Assembly: GCA_014727835.1 (NCBI GenBank)
Contig: WJMT01000129.1
Span: 73,618 to 137,617 of the forward strand
DNA: 64,000 nucleotides
Source: Candidatus Aminicenantes bacterium
Lineage (GTDB): Bacteria; Acidobacteriota; Aminicenantia; Aminicenantales; Aminicenantaceae
Reading direction: 5' to 3'
The translations under genes and the position numbers were made by a program. The notes under the pieces were generated by a model, which made no database searches, had not been told where the DNA came from, and worked only from the letters and a program-made list of their open reading frames with translations. Every line of letters begins with the position of its first letter. The stretch's first letter is position 1. This document shows, one piece after another, positions 9,267 to 19,810 of the stretch.

Positions 9267-10550
9267 TCAATGGAGATCAGAATACACGATTTTTCCTCCC
9301 ACTATGGTCATCACAGGGGAGCCCTTGAGTTCCCAGTTGTGGAAGGGATTGTTTCTGCTTTGAGATCGGAATTTATGGACGTCCACTGTGATTTTCTTTT
9401 GAGGATCAATGACAGTGAGATCTGCGTCAGCTCCTTTCTCTATTTTTCCTTTACTGTTCAGTCCTAAGATCTTTGCCGGGCGGCAGGAAAACATGTCCAC
9501 ACATTGGTTCATTGAAATGACCTCTGTATGGACCAGTTTGTCCAGAATAAGAGAGACCGCTGTTTCCAGCCCATTGATTCCAAAGGGAGCAGCATTGAAT
9601 TCCACATCTTTTTCGTCCGGACTGTGAGGAGCATGGTCTGTAGCAAAAACATCAATGACACCTGTTTTAACAGCATTGATTAGGCTTTTGTTATCTTGTT
9701 TTGTTCTTAAGGGGGGATTGACTTTAAGGTCAGTGCTGTAGCTGGAGAGAAGTGAGTCATCAAGAAAAAGGTGGTGAGGTGTCACTTCAGACGTGATTTT
9801 AACCCCTTTTTCTTTAGCTCTCCGAATGATTTCCACAGAGCCTTTTGTGCTGATATGAGCGAGGTGGAGCCGGGAATCGGTTTTTTCGGCCAAGATGATA
9901 TTGCGAGCCACCATGACATCTTCTGAATAGTCTGGAATGCCTTTGAGGCCCAAAAGATATGAATAATGGCCTTCATTCATCACCCCGTTGGAGCTCAAAT
10001 CCAGGTCTTCACAGTGATCGATGATAAGTGCCTCCCATTGCTTGGCATATTCAAGACCACGCCTCATCAATTCACTGTTCTGAATAGGCATTCCGTCATC
10101 AGAAAAAGCAATGGCCCCGGATTGGATCAAATCAGCCATTTCAGTGAGGGCTTTGCCTTTTTGTTTCACACTCAGAGATGCAATAGGAAAAACATTGACA
10201 TCAGCACTTTTTTGAGCTCTGGAAACGATGTATTTGGTGATTCCTGAGCTGTCATTGACAGGAGAGGTGTTGGGCATGCAGGCAAGTGAAGTGAAACCTC
10301 CGGCAGCGGCAGCTCTGGCTCCTGTCTCTATGGTCTCTTTGTGTTCCTGTCCCGGCTCTCTGAGATGCACATGCATGTCTATAAAACCAGGGGCAGTGAT
10401 CATATCCGAGGCATTGATGAGTTTGGCATTTTTGTCTTTGATGTTTTTTTTTATATCGATGATTTTTTTGTTTTTGATCAGGATATCGAAACGTCCGTCC
10501 AGTCCAGAGTGAGGATCAATGACATGGCTGTTTTTAATTAGTAAATTCAC
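9267..10550 (-). CDS. pyrC: Dihydroorotase
   Basis: DMHVHLREPG metal-binding motif. 427 aa. Overlaps pyrB by 17 nt. Confidence 0.9.
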   Translation of the reverse strand: MNLLIKNSHVIDPHSGLDGRFDILIKNKKIIDIKKNIKDKNAKLINASDMITAPGFIDMHVHLREPGQEHKETIETGARAAAAGGFTSLACMPNTSPVNDSSGITKYIVSRAQKSADVNVFPIASLSVKQKGKALTEMADLIQSGAIAFSDDGMPIQNSELMRRGLEYAKQWEALIIDHCEDLDLSSNGVMNEGHYSYLLGLKGIPDYSEDVMVARNIILAEKTDSRLHLAHISTKGSVEIIRRAKEKGVKITSEVTPHHLFLDDSLLSSYSTDLKVNPPLRTKQDNKSLINAVKTGVIDVFATDHAPHSPDEKDVEFNAAPFGINGLETAVSLILDKLVHTEVISMNQCVDMFSCRPAKILGLNSKGKIEKGADADLTVIDPQKKITVDVHKFRSQSRNNPFHNWELKGSPVMTIVGGKIVYSDLH

Positions 10551-11472
10551 GTTCTTTTCCTCCTAGCAAAAGGTAGAGGACGGCCATCCTTATAGCAATC
10601 CCATTTTCGACTTGTTTCAGAATAACGGATTTGACAGAATCTGCCAATTGGGTGGAGATTTCCACATCTCTGTTTATGGGACCAGGATGCATGATGATGG
10701 CATTTCTGTCAGCTTTTTTGAATCGATTCGGAGTCAGGCTGTAGAGGTTTCTGTATTCTCTGAGAGAAGGAAAAAAATTCTTTTGCTGTCTTTCCAGTTG
10801 AATCCTCAGCATCATGATGACATCCGCATTCTTAACTGCCCTGTCCATGTCATGATCGATATCAGCTCCCAGGTCAGCCAGCTCAGCAGGGACCATCCCA
10901 GGAGGACCGACCAGGACCACCTGAGCTCCCATCTTGTTCAGAAGAAAGATGTTTGACCGGGCAACACGGCTGTGAAGAATATCTCCCACAATCACAATTT
11001 TCAGGTCTTTTAATCTGTTTTTTTCTTCTTTTATGGTGAACGCATCCAACAAAGCTTGAGTGGGATGTTCGTGGGTTCCATCCCCGGCATTGATCACATG
11101 TGACTCACAGAATGTGCTTAAAAAATGGGGTGTTCCGGATGCGGAATGACGGATGATCAGCGCATCGGTTTGCATGGCTTCCAGGTTGAGCACCGTGTCT
11201 TTGAGAGTCTCTCCTTTCACCGTGCTGCTGGTGGTTTTGGAAAAACTGGAGATATCAGCACTGAGTCTTTTGGCGGCGAGCTCAAAAGAACTCCTTGTCC
11301 TTGTGGAGGGCTCAAAGAATAAATTGATGATTGTTTTTCCTCTCAAGGCAGGGACTTTCTTAATATCCCTTCTGGAGATTTCCTTAAGAGACTCTGCTGT
11401 TTCAAGGATGGAAAGGATTTCGGATTTGGTTAAATCCTGTATTCCCAAGAGATGTTTTTTGCCAAAGCTCAA
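10534..11472 (-). CDS. pyrB: Aspartate carbamoyltransferase catalytic subunit
   Basis: STRTR carbamoyl-phosphate binding motif, HPxQ, and a C-terminal HPGP motif. 312 aa. Confidence 0.9.
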   Translation of the reverse strand: MSFGKKHLLGIQDLTKSEILSILETAESLKEISRRDIKKVPALRGKTIINLFFEPSTRTRSSFELAAKRLSADISSFSKTTSSTVKGETLKDTVLNLEAMQTDALIIRHSASGTPHFLSTFCESHVINAGDGTHEHPTQALLDAFTIKEEKNRLKDLKIVIVGDILHSRVARSNIFLLNKMGAQVVLVGPPGMVPAELADLGADIDHDMDRAVKNADVIMMLRIQLERQQKNFFPSLREYRNLYSLTPNRFKKADRNAIIMHPGPINRDVEISTQLADSVKSVILKQVENGIAIRMAVLYLLLGGKEREFTN

Positions 11473-11481
11473 TGTTGTCTC

Positions 11482-12036
11482 CTAATTGATTCCCCCCGGT
11501 TCTTTGATCAAAACTTCGTCTTTATTATCGATTTCTTTCAACTGGACTTGGACTTGTTCTCTTCGGGAAGTGGGGAGGGATTTTCCTGTGTAGTCCGCCC
11601 TTATGGGAAGCTCTCTGTGGCCTCGGTCAATGAAAACAAGGAGTTGGATCGTCTTGGGCCGACCGAGGTCGATCAAGCTGTCCATGGCTGCCCGTATGGT
11701 TCTCCCAGTGAAAAGCACATCATCGACAAGGAGCACATCTTTGTTCTCAATAGAGAAATTAATTTCTGTCTTTTTGACGATATGCTTATCTTCAAGTTCA
11801 GAGAAATCATCTCTATATAAGGTGATATCCAGGATTCCCACCGGCACATCAACGTTGTCATATTCTTTGATCAACTTGGCGATTCTTCTCGCAATATGGA
11901 CTCCTCTGGTTCGGATCCCGATGATCACAAGGTTGTTGAGTTCTCGGTTTCTTTCTGTGATCTCGGTTGCCATTCGGTTGAAAGCCCGCTTGATTTTACT
12001 TGCATCCATGACTCTGGCTTTGATTTTGTCAACCAT
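11482..12036 (-). CDS. pyrR: Bifunctional pyr operon regulator / uracil phosphoribosyltransferase PyrR
   Basis: PRPP-binding motif VLLVDDVLFTGRTIRAA. Aligns to Bacillus PyrR starting at MVDKIKARV. The ORF-track start at 12090 is probably an upstream extension. Confidence 0.85.
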   Translation of the reverse strand: MVDKIKARVMDASKIKRAFNRMATEITERNRELNNLVIIGIRTRGVHIARRIAKLIKEYDNVDVPVGILDITLYRDDFSELEDKHIVKKTEINFSIENKDVLLVDDVLFTGRTIRAAMDSLIDLGRPKTIQLLVFIDRGHRELPIRADYTGKSLPTSRREQVQVQLKEIDNKDEVLIKEPGGIN

Positions 12037-12151
12037 TTTATTCTCCTTTTCAGGCGAACCCATGTTTGGCTGTCCTTTATTTGAGCTCAAGTTGAGGAAA
12101 TGTCATCCCTAAGTTATTTTCTTATGAAGATGCACCAACACAAACAAAAAG

Positions 12152-13078
12152 TCAAGAAGTATCCCGGCTGAAGTATTGTTTGGCAGAGTTGATGTCCCGG
12201 GCGATCTGTTTTTTCAGCATTTCAGGGGAATCAAATTTTTTCTCATCTCGAATCTTTTTAAAAAATCGAAGAGTCATAGCGGTTCCATATATTTCATCCT
12301 GAAGATTGAGGATATGAGATTCGATATGGTCCTTGCTGTTTTTAAATGTAGGGCATTTTCCGATATTGGTCACAGAGGGATATGATTTGTCTCTGATAAG
12401 GGATTCTGTGATGAACACACCTTTGGGAATGATATCATGGTGTGATTCGAGATTCGCTGTGGGAAACCCAATATGCTTTCCCCTGGAATACCCTTTGATG
12501 ACAGTCCCATTGATTTGATAAGGACGGCCTAAAAATTGATTGGCTCTTTCAATTTCTCCGGAATAGAGATGAGACCGAATTTTGCTGGAGCTTATGGTTT
12601 CTCCTTGGAGCGAGACCTGAGGGATGGACTGAAGTTTGATGTGATGAACGCGGGCCATTTTTTGGAGGTGTTTGACATCTCCTTTGCGGTTTTTTCCAAA
12701 ACGGAAATTGCGGCCCACTACAATATATTTACAAAGGAGTGAACGGATGAGGATATCTTCCATGAAACGAGATGGGGAAAGCTGGGAGAGAGCTTTGTCA
12801 AAACTGAGTTCCACTGTGATTTTGATTCGAAATTGACGGATGAAATCTAATTTTTCTTCAGGGGTTTGAATGAGATGAAAATCATCTTTGTTGAAAAATT
12901 TTTCAGGGTGAGGGGAGAAGGTGAGCACAACAGGAACAAGGTCATTGTTGCGGGCGGTTTTGATCAGATTGGTAAGGATCCTCTGATGCCCGAGGTGAAC
13001 TCCGTCAAAGTTTCCAATAGCCACAGCTGTCTTTTTTTTCAATTCAGGAAATTCGGATAAATTTGTGATGGTCCGCAT
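12152..13078 (-). CDS. ribF: Bifunctional riboflavin kinase / FMN adenylyltransferase
   Basis: N-terminal AIGNFDGVHLGHQ and C-terminal riboflavin kinase block. Start adjusted to MRTITN by alignment with E. coli RibF, leaving a 4-nt gap to the upstream gene. Confidence 0.88.
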   Translation of the reverse strand: MRTITNLSEFPELKKKTAVAIGNFDGVHLGHQRILTNLIKTARNNDLVPVVLTFSPHPEKFFNKDDFHLIQTPEEKLDFIRQFRIKITVELSFDKALSQLSPSRFMEDILIRSLLCKYIVVGRNFRFGKNRKGDVKHLQKMARVHHIKLQSIPQVSLQGETISSSKIRSHLYSGEIERANQFLGRPYQINGTVIKGYSRGKHIGFPTANLESHHDIIPKGVFITESLIRDKSYPSVTNIGKCPTFKNSKDHIESHILNLQDEIYGTAMTLRFFKKIRDEKKFDSPEMLKKQIARDINSAKQYFSRDTS

Positions 13079-13082
13079 GTGT

Positions 13083-13370
13083 TTAGGAGGGACTGGCTTT
13101 GGTTTTTTCAAGATAAAGGCTTTTCAGTTGGTGAAGACTTTGGTTCAAGAGCTCTTCTTCTTCTGTATCAAGATTTCCTTGAGTTTTCTTTTTAAGCAGT
13201 TCAAGGAGATCAATGAGTCTTTTGGCTAATTCAAGATTGATTTTCTCTTCTTTTGTGAACGGGTCCACGATCTGGCCTAATTTGATGAGAGCTTGAGTGT
13301 GAAAGGGAAGCATGATCGAACTGAAATCAAGAGGCGGAATGGGTTCTTTTTTTTGGTTGTTTTGATCCAT
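13083..13370 (-). CDS. DUF1844 domain protein
   Basis: 95 aa. PPLDFSSIMLPFHTQALIKLGQI matches the DUF1844 core pattern. Confidence 0.6.
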   Translation of the reverse strand: MDQNNQKKEPIPPLDFSSIMLPFHTQALIKLGQIVDPFTKEEKINLELAKRLIDLLELLKKKTQGNLDTEEEELLNQSLHQLKSLYLEKTKASPS

Positions 13371-13453
13371 TTTAATGAATAATTTGCCTTTTTTTTAGTA
13401 TTGAATAGAAAAAAATAATACAATAAAGGCTGATTTGTTTCAAGGAGAGACCT

Positions 13454-14242
13454 ATGGATGATGAAAAAAAAACAGGCCGAAAATTTTCGGAATTGGTGCA
13501 CATACTCGGTGTTTTAAGGGGAGAACAAGGGTGCCCCTGGGATAGACAACAAGATGAGAGGTCCATAGCCGATTATTTTTTAGAGGAAGTCTATGAGGCG
13601 GTTGATGCCATTTATTCAGATGATATAAAAGCCCTCAAAGAAGAGCTGGGGGATGTGATGATGGAAATTGTGTTTCTGGCTCAAATATACAAAGAAAAGG
13701 AATTGTTTGATATCTCAGAGGTGCTGGAACAGATCAATCAAAAGATGATTCGGAGACATCCTCATGTGTTTGGAGAAAAGGAAATGAAAACTCCGCGGCA
13801 AGTCAGCAGAGAGTGGAACCGGCAGAAAAGACGTGAAAACAAGAAGCCTTTTGTTTTCAAAAAAGGAGACCCTCATTCTCCCGCTCTATTGGAATCTTAT
13901 CTTATCGGAAAAAAAGCCTCCAGCTTTGGATTTGATTGGAACAAGATTCAGGATGTGCTGGGAAAAGTCAGAGAAGAACTCCAAGAGATGGAGAAAGCTG
14001 TCGAATCAGAGGATAAAGACAAAATGTTTGAAGAGATAGGGGATGTTTTGTTTGCAATGTCAAACCTCTCTCGCCATTTCAAAATCAATCCTGAAATCGC
14101 CTTGAAAAAAGCAAATCAAAAATTCAAAAAAAGATTCAATTTGGTTGAGAAAAAGATAAGAGAGACGGGAAAGGACATCCAAAGCGCGAATCTGGATGAA
14201 ATGGATAAACACTGGAATCGAATCAAAAAACAGAAAGAATAG
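13454..14242 (+). CDS. mazG: Nucleoside triphosphate pyrophosphohydrolase MazG
   Basis: Two MazG-like EExxE/ELGDV repeats (EEVYEAVDAI, EELGDVMME and EEIGDVLF). 262 aa. Confidence 0.85.
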   Translation: MDDEKKTGRKFSELVHILGVLRGEQGCPWDRQQDERSIADYFLEEVYEAVDAIYSDDIKALKEELGDVMMEIVFLAQIYKEKELFDISEVLEQINQKMIRRHPHVFGEKEMKTPRQVSREWNRQKRRENKKPFVFKKGDPHSPALLESYLIGKKASSFGFDWNKIQDVLGKVREELQEMEKAVESEDKDKMFEEIGDVLFAMSNLSRHFKINPEIALKKANQKFKKRFNLVEKKIRETGKDIQSANLDEMDKHWNRIKKQKE

Positions 14243-14247
14243 TCCTG

Positions 14248-14276
14248 CAAATCTGAACAGAGCCCAAGCCACGCTG
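14248..14276. repeat. Short repeat F3 (copy 1), aaatctgaacagagcccaagccacgctg, followed by a weak hairpin and a T-run
   Basis: A near-identical 27-nt string occurs at 62315..62350. Homology extends upstream into the last codons of mazG (agaatag). Confidence 0.4.
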
Positions 14277-14281
14277 GGACT

Positions 14282-15422
14282 TTATCCCTTTTTTTGTTCT
14301 TCCTTTCTCTGGATCAGACTGGCTTTGATGAAATCATCCAGTTCTCCGTCCAGCACGCTTTCAGTATCACTGGTTTCAAGGTTTGTGCGAAGATCTTTGA
14401 TCATCTGATAGGGATGAAGCACATAGGAACGGATTTGGTTTCCCCAGGCGATGTCAGACTTGGCGTCTTCCAGCTTTTCCAGTTTTTTGTTTTGTTTCCT
14501 TTTCTCCAGCTCATAGAGTCTTGATTTCAGCACTTTCATAGCCGAAGCTTTGTTTTTATGCTGAGAACGTTCGTTTTGACACTGAACCACAATTCCTGTT
14601 TCCAGGTGAGTGATCCGAACAGCGGAATCAGTTACATTGACATGCTGGCCTCCTCGGCCAGAAGCTCTGTAAGTATCCACACGTATCTCATCAGGGGAAA
14701 TGTCAATCTCTATATCTTCATCGATTTCTGGATAAGCAAACACAGCAGCAAAGGAAGTGTGGCGTCTTTTGTTGGCGTCAAATGGAGAGATCCGGACCAG
14801 TCGGTGCACTCCGAGTTCCTGGCTGAAAATCCCGTAGGCATAATCTCCATGTATTTGAATGGTGGCACTTTTCAGTCCGGCTTCGTCTCCCTGCTGAAGA
14901 TCGAGTATTTTTGTTTTGAAGTTCTTTCTTTCTGAGTACCGGAGATACATCCTGAACAGCATTTCTGTCCAGTCCTGTGATTCGGTCCCTCCGGCTCCCG
15001 GGTGAATGGTGAGGATGGCATTCCTGACATCATCTTTATCAAAAAACAAGGTCTCCAATTCCAGTTTATCAAACAGTTCTTGAAAGTCATGAATGGTTTT
15101 ATCAAGTTCAGAAATAACGTCTTCCCCTTCTGAACTCAGTTCGAATAAGACGTCGATTTCTTCCTTGATTTCTTTGATTTTTTGAAAAGAATGAACACTG
15201 TTTTCCAGTCTTTTTTTTTCTTTTTGCAGAGACTTTAATTTGGACTGATTTTCCCAAACGTCCGGAGAGGAGAGTTCTTTTTCCAGACTTTTTAATCTCT
15301 TTTTTTTATGTTCTGGGTCAAAGATACCCTCTTAATTCTTCAAATTTTTCGAAAAGATCTTTAGTGATGGATTTGAGATCCGCAAAGGTCTTTTTAGATT
15401 TCAGGTCTTTTTTAGGGCTCAT
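14282..15422 (-). CDS. prfB: Peptide chain release factor 2, expressed by programmed +1 ribosomal frameshift
   Basis: ORF0 of 34 codons (MSPKKDLKSKKTFADLKSITKDLFEKFEELRGYL) starts at 15422 and ends at an in-frame TGA. The +1 frame continues DPEHKKKRLKSLEKELSSPDVWENQS and runs through the GGQ motif (SGRGGQHVN) to 14282. The ORF track shows only 14282..15058. Confidence 0.92.
15317..15329 (-). promoter_or_regulatory. prfB autoregulatory +1 frameshift site (internal SD-like GGG, slippery CUU, then UGA C)
   Basis: Minus-strand sequence agaGGGtatCTTTGAC matches the conserved bacterial RF2 recoding signal AGGGGGUAUCUUUGAC. Confidence 0.85.
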
Positions 15423-16942
15423 TGTTTTCTCTTTATCAGTGAAAGAATAAGAAATACAAGGGTGATTGTCAACCCGGCCCAAAGAAGAACATCTCCGTGT
15501 CTGGTGTAAAAAGTCAGAGACTTCTGGGGAGAGACATCTATGTTTAGAGAAGTTGTGGTGTGGAGTCTTGATCTGGCTATGATCCGGCCATAAGGATCAA
15601 TGGCACCACTGATTCCAGTGGTTGCTGACCTTAATAAGAACCGTCTGTTTTCCACAGCTCTGAGAACAGCCAATGCAAAGTGCTGGTAGGGAGCGGCACT
15701 GGTTCCGTACCAGCCGTCATTGGTGATGGTGACCAGGAATTCAGCTCCCATTTTGGTGAATTTTCTCACCAGAGACGGGAATATGATCTCATAACAAATG
15801 GGAGAACCAAAAGGGATTTCATTGAAATGGTGCAGCTCGTGTTTTTTACCTGGTGTCAGTTCTCCTATGGCATGAGTGAATTTGGAAATAAAAGAGAATA
15901 TGAATTTATAAGGGGTGTATTCACCAAAAGGCACCAGGTGTTTTTTGTAATAAAAGGAAAGAGATCCTTGAGGGTTCACACAAACCGCTGCATTGTAATA
16001 GGATGTTTGGTTAGGCCCCTGGGATATCTCGCTGGTCCCCAAAAGCAGTGTGGTTTCCGTCTTCTGTGAGAAGTGGAGAAGCTCTTTGGAGAATCCGACA
16101 TAGGGTTCAAAGTCACAGGAAAAACAAAGAGGCACTGATAATTCGGGCCAGATGGCCAGTTCAGCGCCCTTATGAGCAGCCTGTCTGCTGAGATCCAGGT
16201 GTTTTTGGAACATGTCAAAAGTTTTTGGGAAGGATTGAGTGGAGAAATTTGTGCTGGCAGGTGTGTTTCCTTGTATAAGAGAGGCGGTGAAAGAATGATC
16301 TGAATTAGAGATTTTTTTCAAGGAAAGGAGACCTCCCAAATGGAAAAGCAGGACCGTGAATAAAGCCGCGAAAATCAGGATGAATTTCCTTTTTTGCTGT
16401 GTGGAAAAGACCAACAGACTCTGAAACAAAACCATGATAAAGGACAGCCCATACACCCCGGCTATGGTGGCAGCCTGAATGAAATATATATTCTTGTATT
16501 GGCTTGCTCCCAGCAAACCCCAGGGAAATCCTGTGAAAAGATAGGTCAGAATGAATTCCGTGGAGATCCAGATGAAAGGGATCAAGAAAAAGGTGAGGGT
16601 TGAAAATCGTCTAAAAAACACAGAGACCAGAAACGCAAACAGTCCCCAGACAAGAGCCAGGAGAAGAGCCAGCAAAACATAGATCAGCAGACTCAAACCC
16701 GTGGATAGGCCTCCGTAATGGGCGGGGACTGCTGGGATCCAATAGAGAAGGATGGCATAAAAAGAAAATCCTGAAACAAGGCCGAAGAAAAAGCTTTGTC
16801 CCGGCTTACTCCTTAATAAGACAAACAGGAGAGGAATCAAAGAGACCCAGGCCAAATAAAAGATCTCTACTTTAGGAAAAGCCAGAGCGGTCATCACTCC
16901 GCTTGTAACAGCCAGCAGGATCTCTTTATATCGGATTTTCAA
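15419..16942 (-). CDS. lnt: Apolipoprotein N-acyltransferase
   Basis: 507 aa. N-terminal polytopic membrane region plus C-terminal carbon-nitrogen hydrolase domain (ELAIWPE...CYEIIFP). Its stop overlaps the prfB start (ATGA). Confidence 0.85.
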   Translation of the reverse strand: MKIRYKEILLAVTSGVMTALAFPKVEIFYLAWVSLIPLLFVLLRSKPGQSFFFGLVSGFSFYAILLYWIPAVPAHYGGLSTGLSLLIYVLLALLLALVWGLFAFLVSVFFRRFSTLTFFLIPFIWISTEFILTYLFTGFPWGLLGASQYKNIYFIQAATIAGVYGLSFIMVLFQSLLVFSTQQKRKFILIFAALFTVLLFHLGGLLSLKKISNSDHSFTASLIQGNTPASTNFSTQSFPKTFDMFQKHLDLSRQAAHKGAELAIWPELSVPLCFSCDFEPYVGFSKELLHFSQKTETTLLLGTSEISQGPNQTSYYNAAVCVNPQGSLSFYYKKHLVPFGEYTPYKFIFSFISKFTHAIGELTPGKKHELHHFNEIPFGSPICYEIIFPSLVRKFTKMGAEFLVTITNDGWYGTSAAPYQHFALAVLRAVENRRFLLRSATTGISGAIDPYGRIIARSRLHTTTSLNIDVSPQKSLTFYTRHGDVLLWAGLTITLVFLILSLIKRKQ

Positions 16943-16965
16943 CCGCCTGACCTATTCTAAAAAAA

Positions 16966-17000
16966 ACATTGTCATGTCGCTTCAGCCATGTTTGAATTTG
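16966..17000. repeat. Partial F2 repeat copy immediately upstream of lnt
   Basis: cattgtcatgtcgcttcagcca...tgaattt matches the F2 core (aatgtcgcttcagcca). Confidence 0.35.
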
Positions 17001-17074
17001 GATCGGCTTGCAGCACCATTGACTTGGGAATAATCCGCCGGGATAATTTTCTCTTTTTTTGTTCAGGGATCAGT

Positions 17075-17635
17075 TCAGGGGGAAGACTCGCTTTTGATTA
17101 TGAAATAATCACTGCTTTTTTTGTTCTCTCTTTGCATCAGATTGGCCTTGACTTCCTCGGCTTCGCCTCTGGTTTCATAACCTCCCACTCTCACTCGATA
17201 GATGGTTCTGCGGTCTGTCGGAAAAGGATCGATCACATAGGTTTTAAGGCCCATGTTTTTATATTTATCAGCTATTCGGGAAGCACTGTCTCTGTCAGTA
17301 TAGGCACCGACTTGGATATAAAACAAATCCTGTCTTAGCTCAGCTGGTTTTTCTGCTTTTTGAACAGGTGTTTTTTGCTTTTCTTTGTTTTTTGTATGGG
17401 AGGAGATTTCCTGATTGATTTCATCTTCATCCGGATCAGCGGAAATGGGTTTTTCTGGCTCGATTTTTTCAATCGGCATTTCAGCGAATCGAGTCTCTCC
17501 GGTGATGGAAGCTTGTTTTTTGCCTACAGAAACGCCTAATAGGAAAATAACGATGCCAAGAATGATGATGGCCATGAACACAAAGACCAGCATGGAACTG
17601 GAAATCTGCAATTCCCGGTAATCCTTGTTTCTCAT
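17075..17635 (-). CDS. SPOR domain-containing membrane protein
   Basis: N-terminal TM helix, low-complexity linker, and a C-terminal SPOR fold pattern (FYIQVGAYTDRDSASRIADKY...YRVRVGGYETRGEAEEV). Confidence 0.75.
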   Translation of the reverse strand: MRNKDYRELQISSSMLVFVFMAIIILGIVIFLLGVSVGKKQASITGETRFAEMPIEKIEPEKPISADPDEDEINQEISSHTKNKEKQKTPVQKAEKPAELRQDLFYIQVGAYTDRDSASRIADKYKNMGLKTYVIDPFPTDRRTIYRVRVGGYETRGEAEEVKANLMQRENKKSSDYFIIKSESSP

Positions 17636-17647
17636 TTTATCCTGTTC

Positions 17648-18403
17648 TTATTCCTTTCCTTTGTTTTTCATAAAGGCCTTGACCAGGTCTAAGGGAAGAG
17701 GAAACACAATGGTTGAATTTTTTTCAGTCGCGATCTCTGAAAGAGTGCTGAGAAACCGCAACTGCAAAGCTTGTGGGTTTTTGGATATCACATTTGCAGC
17801 CTTGATCAGGTTGTCTGCAGCCTGGAATTCGCCTTGTGCATGAATGACTTTGGCTCTTCGTTCCCGTTCGGCTTCTGCCTGCCGGGCAATAGCTCTGATC
17901 ATATTTTCCGGAAGATCCACATGTTTGGTCTCCACTAACTGGACTTTGATCCCCCATGGATCTGTGTGTTTGTCAATGATTTCCTGGAGCTGGCTGTTCA
18001 GCTTGTCTCGTTCGGCGAGAATTTCATCCAGTTCGCTTTCTCCAAGAACACTGCGAAGGGTAGTCTGGGCAAGCTGTGAAGTGGCAAAAAGAAAATCTTG
18101 AACGGCCAGCACTGCTTTTTGAGGATCCATAACACGGAAATACACCACTGCATTGACTTTGACAGACACATTGTCCTTGGTGACAATGTCTTGGGCTGGA
18201 ATATCCATGGTCACGATCCGGAGGCTCACTCTCACCATTTTATCAATGGGGGGGAACACCAGGATCAATCCCGGACCTTTGGGCTTTGCCAAGACGCGCC
18301 CCAAACGGAACACCACACCTCTCTCATATTCTTTGAGTATTTTTATGGCATTCAATAAGTAAAGGACAAGGATTCCGATGATGATAGCTGGAACCGTGAG
18401 CAT
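17648..18403 (-). CDS. SPFH/band-7 (stomatin-like) protein
   Basis: N-terminal TM then [12 protein letters not shown]... band-7 domain. 251 aa. Paired with NfeD as usual. Confidence 0.85.
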   Translation of the reverse strand: MLTVPAIIIGILVLYLLNAIKILKEYERGVVFRLGRVLAKPKGPGLILVFPPIDKMVRVSLRIVTMDIPAQDIVTKDNVSVKVNAVVYFRVMDPQKAVLAVQDFLFATSQLAQTTLRSVLGESELDEILAERDKLNSQLQEIIDKHTDPWGIKVQLVETKHVDLPENMIRAIARQAEAERERRAKVIHAQGEFQAADNLIKAANVISKNPQALQLRFLSTLSEIATEKNSTIVFPLPLDLVKAFMKNKGKE

Positions 18404-18422
18404 TTTTCCCTCCTTTGAATTC

Positions 18423-19739
18423 CTATTTTTTGGTTTGTTTTACTTTCAGTTTTAAATTGTTCAGCACTTCAATGATTTCCACTTGAGATCCTTTGGGAAT
18501 GTCTTCAGAAGCCTCTGCGTCCCATATTTCGCCGGACACAAAAACTTTTCCTTCTGGATTCAAGCGTGTGGAGGCTGTCCCGATATCTCCGACCAGACCC
18601 TCTTTTCCGGTGTGGATTTTTTTCGTATGAGCCCGGATTGTGATGATGATCAGAAAAATAAAGATCAAGGAAAGGCCGAGGGCCACAGGGATGATAAAGT
18701 TCAGACTGGGCCTCAATTCTGGAATAGGGGCGTTGATGAGCATAATGGATCCAATAAGCATGGCAATGACACCTCCCACAGAAAGAATACCATAACTCTG
18801 AATTTTTATCTCTAGGATAAACAGCCCGATCGCTAAAAAAATCAGAAGAAGCCCCACATAATTTATGGGAAGGATCTGGAAAGAGAAGATGGCCAGAAGC
18901 AAACAGATCCCTCCAATGACTCCGGGCAAAATGGCACCGGGGTTGGAAAGCTCAAAATAAAGTCCCAGGAGTCCGAGCATGAGCAAAATGTAAGCAAGGT
19001 TCGGGTTTGAAATGGTCAATAAGAACTTTTGTCTCGGGGACATGGGCAGACTGATCACCTCTTCTCCCTCTAAAGCAAAGGTCATTTCTGTGCCGTCAAA
19101 TCTTTGGATTGTTTTTCCATTCAGATACTGGATGATCTCTGACTCGTCTTTGGCAATCAGATCAATCAAGTCTCCCTGGTAAGCTTCTTGCTCTGTATAG
19201 GAGAGACTTTTTCGAACCGCATCCTCAGCCATGGATAGGTTTCTTTGTCTTTTCTCAGCTATGCTTTTTATATAGGAAGCCGCATCATGAGTGACCTTTT
19301 CAGCCATGGTTTCATCCATAGACTGACCTGTCATAGAGATCCCCACAGGATGTGCAGCTCCTGTATTGGTTCCCGGAGCCATGACAAAGATATCACTGGC
19401 GACTCCGATGAAAAAACCAGCTGAGGCAGCTCTGGCCCCGCTGGGACTGACATAGGTCACAAAAGGGACTTGAGAGTTGAGGATTGTTTCAATGATTTCT
19501 CTCATAGATGAATCCAGTCCGCCCGGGGTGTTCAGTTTCATGATCAGTAAAGACGCCTTTTCTGCCTCTGCTTTTTGTATGGATTTGACAATGTATTCAG
19601 AGGTGACAGGATGAATGGGAGCATCCACTGTGATTTTTAATATACTGGAATGTGAAAATGACGTGACTGCCATCAGCATGAGTAGGGGGAATAAGAATTT
19701 TTTCACTGTTTTTTCATTATAGAAGTGTATTTTGAGCAA
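18423..19739 (-). CDS. NfeD-family membrane protein (ClpP-class serine protease domain + membrane region + OB-fold)
   Basis: 438 aa. N-terminal signal, ClpP-like domain ([11 protein letters not shown]...[13 protein letters not shown]), central TM block, C-terminal NfeD beta-barrel. Canonical stomatin partner. Confidence 0.8.
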   Translation of the reverse strand: MLKIHFYNEKTVKKFLFPLLMLMAVTSFSHSSILKITVDAPIHPVTSEYIVKSIQKAEAEKASLLIMKLNTPGGLDSSMREIIETILNSQVPFVTYVSPSGARAASAGFFIGVASDIFVMAPGTNTGAAHPVGISMTGQSMDETMAEKVTHDAASYIKSIAEKRQRNLSMAEDAVRKSLSYTEQEAYQGDLIDLIAKDESEIIQYLNGKTIQRFDGTEMTFALEGEEVISLPMSPRQKFLLTISNPNLAYILLMLGLLGLYFELSNPGAILPGVIGGICLLLAIFSFQILPINYVGLLLIFLAIGLFILEIKIQSYGILSVGGVIAMLIGSIMLINAPIPELRPSLNFIIPVALGLSLIFIFLIIITIRAHTKKIHTGKEGLVGDIGTASTRLNPEGKVFVSGEIWDAEASEDIPKGSQVEIIEVLNNLKLKVKQTKK

Positions 19740-19810
19740 GTCAATAATTTGTCTTGACTTTTTATATCCAATATTTAATCATGGATAAAAAAAGGAGACT
19801 GAGTGAGTCA

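Noticed and set aside
14872-15105. 77-aa minus-strand ORF overlapping the prfB frameshift region
   Set aside because: It is in the wrong frame for RF2 and has no homology. The true upstream prfB segment is the 34-codon ORF0 at 15422..15321, too short for the ORF track.
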